Notes under the pieces: generated by a model
What the model was told of the DNA's origin: nothing
Seen by the model: the letters and a program-made list of their open reading frames with translations, nothing else
Databases searched by the model: none
Position numbers and translations under genes: made by a program
Shown: positions 58,557 through 64,000 of the stretch, piece by piece
Numbering within the stretch: the stretch's first letter is position 1
Layout of the letters: every line of letters begins with the position of its first letter
From: Verrucomicrobiaceae bacterium
Lineage (GTDB): Bacteria > Verrucomicrobiota > Verrucomicrobiia > Chthoniobacterales > JAATET01
Reading direction: 5' to 3'
Assembly (NCBI GenBank): GCA_027488755.1
Contig: JAIYAZ010000075.1
Coordinates: forward strand, 64,492 to 128,491
DNA: 64,000 nucleotides

Positions 58557-60470
58557 TCAGCACTCGACCTGCATGCCGAGTTCGACGACGCGGCCGGGCG
58601 GCAGGCAGAAGAAATCCGCCGGGGAATTGGCGTTGCGGGAGAGGAAGGCAAACACGGCGCGGCGGACGCGGCCCAGCGAGGAGTCGCGCGCGGGCACGAT
58701 GCGTTCGCGGCTGAGGAAGTAGGTGATGTCGGCGGGGTTCAGCGGGACGCCGAAGTCGGGCAGGAGGCTGATGACGACGGGGACGTTCGGCGTCTCCATG
58801 TAGCCGTAGCGGGCGACGACGGAGTAGAAGCCCTGGCCGTTGTCCTTCACCTCGATGGTGTCCTCGTTGTCGTCGAGGTAGGCGCGCATTTCGGTGTTCA
58901 CCGAAAAGAGGATGATGGTCTCATGGAGCACCTTGTTGTGCCGGAGGTTGTGGAGCAGCGAGAGGGGGACGGGGCCGGCGGTGCTGGAGAGGAAGATCGC
59001 GCTGCCCTTCACGCGGGGCGGCGGGTTGCCGGCGATTTCGCGGAGGAAATCGGGAAGCGGGACGAGCGAGGATTGAATGCGCTGGAAGAGCGCCTTGCGA
59101 CCGGCCTTCCAGGTCGTCATGAGCAGGAAGATGATGGCGGCGGCGGCGAGCGCAAACCACCCGCCGTGGATGATTTTGAAGGAGTTCGCGACGAAGAACG
59201 CGATCTCGATGATCCCGAAAAAGATGCCGAACGAGAGGGAGGCCCAGAGCGGCCAGCGCCAGACCTGGTAGGTGACCGCCGCGAACAGCGTGGTGGTGAG
59301 CAGCATCGTGAGGGTGACCGCGATGCCGTAGGCGGAGGCCAGGGCGCCGGAGGATTGGAAGGTCACCACCAGCGCGATGCACGCAATCATCAAGCCCCAG
59401 TTCACGTCGGGAATGTAGATCTGCCCCCGCTGGCTGTGGGAGGTGTGGCGCACGGCGAGACGCGGGCAATAGCCGAGGTAGATGGCCTGGAGCGTCAGCG
59501 AAAACGCTCCGGAGATGAGCGCCTGGGAGGCGATCACCGTGGCGGCGGTCGCCAGGGCAATGGCCGGATAAAGCGCCCAGCCCGGGACGGCGGCATAGAA
59601 CGGATTTTCGGCCGCCGCGGGATTGACCATAACGGCCGCGCCCTGCCCGAGGTAGTTGAGCGCGAGGGCGGGCAGGACCAGAGCCTGCCAGCCGAGCCGG
59701 ATCGGCCCCCGGCCAAAGTGCCCGAGGTCGGCGTAGAGCGCCTCCGCACCGGTGACCGCAAGGAAAACCGACCCGAGGACGAGGAAGCCGTGGAATCCAT
59801 GGTCGCGAAGGTGCGCGAGTCCATGCAGGGGATTAAACGCCGCCAGCACGCCCGGGGCCTGGACGAGGTTCCACAATCCCACGACCGCCAGAAACCCGAA
59901 CCAAACGAGCATGACCGGCCCGAACACGTTGCCCACGCGACCGGTGCCGAAGCGCTGGCACACGAAGAGCGCAAACAGGATCACCACGGAGATGGGCACG
60001 ACCCACGAACTGAGCTGCGGCGCGGCGTAGCCGATACCCTCCACGGCGCTGAGCACGGAAATGGCCGGGGTGATCATTCCATCGCCGTAAAGCAGGGCGG
60101 CCCCGAAGATACCGACCACGGTGAAGGTGATGGTCGCGCGCTGACCGAGGAGCTTGCGCCGGCAGCAATCGGGATCGAAGAGCAGGCCGACCAACGCAAG
60201 GATGCCGCCCTCCCCGCGGTGATCCGCCCGCAGAATGAACATGATGTATTTGAGCGAGACGATGAGGATGAGCGCCCAGAGGATGAGCGAAAGAATCCCC
60301 AGGATCGGCATGGGACCGCCGCCCTCGTGCGCGGCGTGCAGCGATTCCTTGAAGGCGTAGAGCGGGCTGGTGCCGATGTCGCCGTAGACCACCCCCAGTG
60401 CGGCCAGGGCCATGCCGGCAAGTTTCTTTCGGTCGACGGGGGCGTTGGGCTCGCGGTGGCGATCGGTCAT
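58557..60470 (-). CDS. kup: KUP-family potassium uptake transporter
   Basis: 637 aa. ALAALGVVYGDIGTSPLYAF signature, about 12 TM segments, and a cytoplasmic C-terminal domain. Confidence 0.9.
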   Translation of the reverse strand: MTDRHREPNAPVDRKKLAGMALAALGVVYGDIGTSPLYAFKESLHAAHEGGGPMPILGILSLILWALILIVSLKYIMFILRADHRGEGGILALVGLLFDPDCCRRKLLGQRATITFTVVGIFGAALLYGDGMITPAISVLSAVEGIGYAAPQLSSWVVPISVVILFALFVCQRFGTGRVGNVFGPVMLVWFGFLAVVGLWNLVQAPGVLAAFNPLHGLAHLRDHGFHGFLVLGSVFLAVTGAEALYADLGHFGRGPIRLGWQALVLPALALNYLGQGAAVMVNPAAAENPFYAAVPGWALYPAIALATAATVIASQALISGAFSLTLQAIYLGYCPRLAVRHTSHSQRGQIYIPDVNWGLMIACIALVVTFQSSGALASAYGIAVTLTMLLTTTLFAAVTYQVWRWPLWASLSFGIFFGIIEIAFFVANSFKIIHGGWFALAAAAIIFLLMTTWKAGRKALFQRIQSSLVPLPDFLREIAGNPPPRVKGSAIFLSSTAGPVPLSLLHNLRHNKVLHETIILFSVNTEMRAYLDDNEDTIEVKDNGQGFYSVVARYGYMETPNVPVVISLLPDFGVPLNPADITYFLSRERIVPARDSSLGRVRRAVFAFLSRNANSPADFFCLPPGRVVELGMQVEC

Positions 60471-60537
60471 GAATCAGGGTTCGCTGTCGGTCGGAGCAGA
60501 CGCGAAAATCGGACGTTTGGCCAGCGCAAGCCTTGGG

Positions 60538-61581
60538 TTACTTCAACTCGCGGAAGCGGCCGCCGCCGCCCTGCGTGGAGATGATGCGGCGGATTTCGCG
60601 TTCGTTCTCGGGGCGGGCTCCGACGGCGATGAAGTGGATTTTCACCGGCTCGGGCATGGTTTTCTGGAGGTCGCGGAGGGAGTCGGCGAGTTCCGGCCAG
60701 GGGATGCGGGCGTTCTCGGCCCCGGTGCCGCGCTCGAAGGCCGCGTCGCTGATGACGAAGATGACGTCGGGCTGCATGCGGAAGGCGGCGCGCAGGACCT
60801 CGATGAATCCGGGGCTGCCGGTGACCATGTTGGGCGTGTTGCGCTTCATGGTGCCGGCGTCGCCGGCGAACCAGGTGTCGAGCCACTCGGAGGCCTTGGC
60901 GCGATTGGGGTCTGAGGCGGGGAGGAGTTCGTTTTGGAAATACGCGTAGTTGCGGGCGAACTGGCCGAGGCCGAAGCGGGTGTTCACGCCGACGCCGGCG
61001 AGGAGTTTTTTGGTTTCCTCGCGGATGCGGTCCATCGGGTAGCCGGCGCGGGCGGCGGAGCTGACGACGGAGGAGGCGATGTCGTAGAGGATGAGCACGC
61101 GTTTGGCGTTTGTCTGCACGCCGAGGAAGCTCATGCTGGTGCCGGTGCCGCCCATGCCGGCGCCGCCGCCCTGCCCGCCGCCGCCCATGCCGGCGGTGCC
61201 GATCATGCTGGAGACCTGGTCGGAGACGATGGCGCTGGGGTCGAGGGGGAGCATCTGGTCCATCGGCACCTTGGGCAGGTCGGGCAGCGCCATGGCGGTG
61301 GGGCGGAGGGACTGGATCTTGTCGCTGAAGCTGGGCTTGGGCGCCATGCTGTCGAGCGCGGCCATGTTCATGGAGTGCTCGCGCTGCTGGGCTGGGATGC
61401 GCAGGTCCTTCACGACCTTGAATTCCGCGGGCGGCGAGGTGAGGTAGCGCGCGATGATGAGGACGCCGGCCACGATGCCGGCGAGGACATGCAGGCCGAC
61501 ACTGATGATGACGATGGTGATGATGAGCCGCCGGATGCGGTTTTTCTCCGGGGCCGGGGCGACGGTGGCGGGCGCGCTCAC
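60538..61581 (-). CDS. TonB-like membrane-anchored protein with Gly-rich linker and vWA-like C-terminal domain (no TonB_C domain)
   Basis: The N-terminal TM segment LIITIVIISVGLHVLAGIVAG carries an SxxxH motif (S27/H31). Linker GMGGGGQGGGAGMGGTG. C-terminal beta-alpha-beta pattern RVLILYDIASSV / DVIFVISDAAF / VKIHFIAVG. Coupled to the upstream exbD by a 4-nt overlap. Confidence 0.5.
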   Translation of the reverse strand: MSAPATVAPAPEKNRIRRLIITIVIISVGLHVLAGIVAGVLIIARYLTSPPAEFKVVKDLRIPAQQREHSMNMAALDSMAPKPSFSDKIQSLRPTAMALPDLPKVPMDQMLPLDPSAIVSDQVSSMIGTAGMGGGGQGGGAGMGGTGTSMSFLGVQTNAKRVLILYDIASSVVSSAARAGYPMDRIREETKKLLAGVGVNTRFGLGQFARNYAYFQNELLPASDPNRAKASEWLDTWFAGDAGTMKRNTPNMVTGSPGFIEVLRAAFRMQPDVIFVISDAAFERGTGAENARIPWPELADSLRDLQKTMPEPVKIHFIAVGARPENEREIRRIISTQGGGGRFRELK

Positions 61582-62021
61582 GGTTCGCCCTCCTCGGTGG
61601 CGTCGGCAAAGGTCACGCCGCTGATGCCGGCTTCGGCGCAGGCGTTGAGCACGTCGACGAGCCGCTGGTGTTTCGCCGCGTCGGTGGCGTCGAGGGTGAC
61701 AAGGGCGGTGGATTTATTCGCGTCGGCGGCCTCGCGGAAACGCTCAAGGGTTTTGACGAGCTTGGGGAGTTTGATGTCGCCGGGTTCGCCGACGACGAGG
61801 TCGTTGAGGACGATCTGGCCGGCGTCGGTGATGGCGATGCGCTGCTCGTCGGGGATATCTACGCTTTCCTCCTGCGCGACGGTGCCGGGCAGGCTCATGC
61901 TGATGTCGGCCTCGGGTTTCACCGGCTTCGAGGTGAGGATGTAGAAAAAGAGCAGCAGGAAGCAGACGTCGATCATCGGCGCGATCTGCAGCTCGATCTG
62001 GGGATGCTCGATTTTCCTCAT
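61578..62021 (-). CDS. exbD: Biopolymer transport protein ExbD/TolR
   Basis: 147 aa. IAPMIDVCFLLLFFYIL N-terminal TM with conserved Asp, and a periplasmic domain. Confidence 0.85.
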   Translation of the reverse strand: MRKIEHPQIELQIAPMIDVCFLLLFFYILTSKPVKPEADISMSLPGTVAQEESVDIPDEQRIAITDAGQIVLNDLVVGEPGDIKLPKLVKTLERFREAADANKSTALVTLDATDAAKHQRLVDVLNACAEAGISGVTFADATEEGEP

Positions 62022-62458
62022 GAGCGGCCTCCCTGGAGAACGCCGAAGACCACCTCGACGGCGCCGGATTCGGCGGCGAGGCGCATGACGAGCTTGATGC
62101 GTTTGGCGGGCGTGGTGGAGTCGGCGCGGACGTAGAGTTTGAGCGGCGGGTAGTTTTTGAACCGCTCGCGGAGGTAGGCGCCGAGCTGCTTCTCGGAGAC
62201 GGGGAGGTCGCCGTTGAAGAGGTTGCCCTGCTGGTCGATGTTGACGATGACGCGGTCGCCCATGTTTTCGGGCACCCGCACGGCGGAGGCGGTGGGCAGG
62301 GCGATGTCCTTGAGCTTGGCGCTGGTGGTGAGCTTGCCGCTGAGCATGAAGAAAAAGAGCAGCAGCAGAACGACGTCGATCATCGGCGCGATCTGCAAGC
62401 CCACTTCCTCGTGGGCGATCCGGCGGGGGCGCCGGCGCGGCTGACTTTTGGCGGCCAA
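62018..62458 (-). CDS. exbD: Biopolymer transport protein ExbD/TolR (second copy)
   Basis: 146 aa. IAPMIDVVLLLLFFFML TM with conserved Asp. Confidence 0.85.
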   Translation of the reverse strand: MAAKSQPRRRPRRIAHEEVGLQIAPMIDVVLLLLFFFMLSGKLTTSAKLKDIALPTASAVRVPENMGDRVIVNIDQQGNLFNGDLPVSEKQLGAYLRERFKNYPPLKLYVRADSTTPAKRIKLVMRLAAESGAVEVVFGVLQGGRS

Positions 62459-62466
62459 GGGAGGGA

Positions 62467-63288
62467 TCAGGCTTGTTCGGGTTCGGCGGCGGCTTCTCCG
62501 GCGACGGCGTAGACGTCCTGCGCGGTGACCTGGCTGGAGAAGAGCAGGTCGAGCATTTCGGAGAGTTTCTGGTGCACGTCGGTCATGAGGACGGACGCCT
62601 TCCCGCGGAAGAAGAAGTATAGGAACATGGCGGGGATGGCGAGGAGGAGGCCGCCGCCGGTGGCGATGAGGGCCTCACCGATGCCCTTGGCGAGGTCGCT
62701 GGCCTCGGCCTTGCCGGCGGTGAGGGCGCTGAAGCTGGTGATCATGCCCGAGACGGTGCCGAGCAGGCCGATCATGGGCGCGAGCACGGCGAAGGTGTTG
62801 AGGTAGTTCACGGTGGCCATGATGCGGGTTTCCTCGCGGAAGCAACCGTCGGCGATGGCGTTTTCCATGGCGTTTTTGTCGAGGCTGTCGCGTTCGAGGG
62901 TGGCCTTGATGAGGGCGGCGCCGAGCGAGCGGGTGAGCGGGCCGGGGTTGGCGTTGCAGGTCTCGTAGGCGGCATTGAGGTCGCGCTGGGCGAGCTGGTT
63001 GCTGAGCTGGAGGACGAGGGCGTCGGGCATGACCTTCTGTTTGCGCAGGGAGATGCCGCAGTAGATGCCGAGGGCGACCGTGGCGATCGAGCAGAGCGCG
63101 ATGAAGTGCATGACGGGCCCGCCCTCGTGGTAGAGGTCGAGGAGGCTCTTGTCGGTGGGCACGCCGGCGGCAAACGCGGAGCTTGGCCCGAAGAGGAGGG
63201 CGGCAAGCGCGAGCGCGGCGAGCGCGGCCAGGGGGTTATTTCGCCGCATCGCCAGTGGCGCGGGCTTCATCTCGGGCGTCTTTTTCAT
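62467..63288 (-). CDS. exbB: MotA/TolQ/ExbB proton-channel protein
   Basis: Signal-like N-terminus (MRRNNPLAALAALALAALLF). C-terminal LAPMIGLLGTVSGMITSF...IGEALIATGGGLLLAIPAMF. The start is ambiguous (63288, 63270 or 63249), and all candidates overlap the upstream gene's stop. Confidence 0.85.
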   Translation of the reverse strand: MKKTPEMKPAPLAMRRNNPLAALAALALAALLFGPSSAFAAGVPTDKSLLDLYHEGGPVMHFIALCSIATVALGIYCGISLRKQKVMPDALVLQLSNQLAQRDLNAAYETCNANPGPLTRSLGAALIKATLERDSLDKNAMENAIADGCFREETRIMATVNYLNTFAVLAPMIGLLGTVSGMITSFSALTAGKAEASDLAKGIGEALIATGGGLLLAIPAMFLYFFFRGKASVLMTDVHQKLSEMLDLLFSSQVTAQDVYAVAGEAAAEPEQA

Positions 63289-64000
63289 AGTCTTGTTTCT
63301 GTTGTTCCGGAGTGAGGGTGGCGAGGTAGGTGGTGGCGGACTTCGCAGCCGGCGTGCCGGGATAGAAGGTGAGAATGTCGCGGGTGGTTTCGAGGGCGAG
63401 CGGGGTGTCGCCGACAAAGCGGTAGATGTCGGCGGCGGCGGCGAGTCCGCGCGAGGCAGCGGCGTTGTCCGAGCCGAAGAAGAGGGCGGGGTAGAGGTAA
63501 TTATCGAGGGCTTCGTTGAGGAGGCGGGCGTGCTCGGGGATGACGATGGGGTCGTCCTGCCAGCGGGGGTTGTCGGCGACGAGCTTGCGGAGTGATTCGT
63601 CGGCGGCGCGGGCGAGGATGAACTTTGCCTCGATGAGGATGGAGGGATCCTCGGCGGTGCGGGCGAGTTCGATGGCCTCGGTGACGGCGGATTTTGCGTC
63701 GCCGGTGGCGATCATGGCGCGGAGGCGGCCGCGGCCGGCGGCGGCTTTATCCTCGGGGCTCCACGCGGCGGCCTCGATTTCGCGGCAGAGCGCGAGGGCG
63801 GTGGCGGCGTCGGCGGGTTTGCCGCTCTGGAGGAGGAGGTCGGCATAGGTGATGCCGATGCGGGCGGCGGGGGAGCGGGGCACGCTCGCGAGGGGGCGCT
63901 GGCGGTTCCAGAGCGCGGCGACGCGGTCGATCTGCGCCGAGGTGGCGGCCTTGAGGAATTGGTCGCGGGCGGGGTCGGGCGCGAATTCGATATGTTCGAC
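63236..64000 (-). CDS. TPR-like helical-repeat protein, C-terminal part (N-terminus beyond window end)
   Basis: The frame is open from position 64000 with no stop upstream of the listed GTG. Ala-rich helical repeats (GKPADAATALALCREIEAAAW, GDAKSAVTEAIELARTAEDP). First gene of the exbB cluster. Confidence 0.55.
   Translation of the reverse strand, partial: VEHIEFAPDPARDQFLKAATSAQIDRVAALWNRQRPLASVPRSPAARIGITYADLLLQSGKPADAATALALCREIEAAAWSPEDKAAAGRGRLRAMIATGDAKSAVTEAIELARTAEDPSILIEAKFILARAADESLRKLVADNPRWQDDPIVIPEHARLLNEALDNYLYPALFFGSDNAAASRGLAAAADIYRFVGDTPLALETTRDILTFYPGTPAAKSATTYLATLTPEQQKQDYEKDARDEARATGDAAK

Noticed and set aside
60538-63288. Reading exbB-exbD-exbD-347aa as the missing TolQ-TolR-TolA partners of the tolB-pal pair at 3.9-5.6 kb.
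   Set aside because: The clusters are ~55 kb apart and two ExbD paralogues are atypical for Tol. The 347-aa protein lacks a TolA-like long helical domain II. The possibility is not excluded, so the protein is described neutrally as a TonB/TolA-like anchor.

Overview
High-GC bacterial chromosome segment. Gene content suggests a PVC/Verrucomicrobiota-like diderm, which is inference only. I found no rRNA, tRNA, CRISPR array, transposase or integrase. Positions 1-13.8 kb are housekeeping: recA (truncated), cdsA-dxr, a DegT aminotransferase, pal-tolB, a hybrid PAS histidine kinase, and an ilvE-mcsA-mcsB-clpC operon. From 16.9 kb to the window end every gene is on the minus strand. The centrepiece is a ~36-kb, tightly translationally coupled glycan-assembly locus (16934-52852) that ends in a strong intrinsic terminator. 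It contains Wzm and Wzt ABC-exporter genes 14 kb apart and a pseudaminic-acid-type nonulosonate module (pseB, pseC, pseG, pseI) with no N-acetyltransferase. That module carries an ATP-grasp ligase, a GH57-like protein and two cytidylyltransferase-methyltransferase fusions. The locus also has three PAPS-type sulfotransferases, two of them tandem paralogues with ~375-425-aa uncharacterised N-terminal domains. It has 7 GT4-like and 5 GT2-like glycosyltransferases, several orphan DXD-motif proteins, and three coiled-coil proteins flanking wzt. I interpret it as machinery for an undescribed sulfated, methylated, nonulosonate-containing polysaccharide. Upstream lie nadE, a GbsR-like regulator, yciH, typA, dedA, kup, and a TPR-exbB-exbD-exbD cluster. 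The last gene of that cluster has a TonB-like SxxxH membrane anchor but a vWA-like rather than TonB C-terminal domain. Many long ORFs in the track are antisense or frame-shifted shadows typical of high-GC DNA and were rejected. All function calls rest on motifs read by eye; no database search was run.
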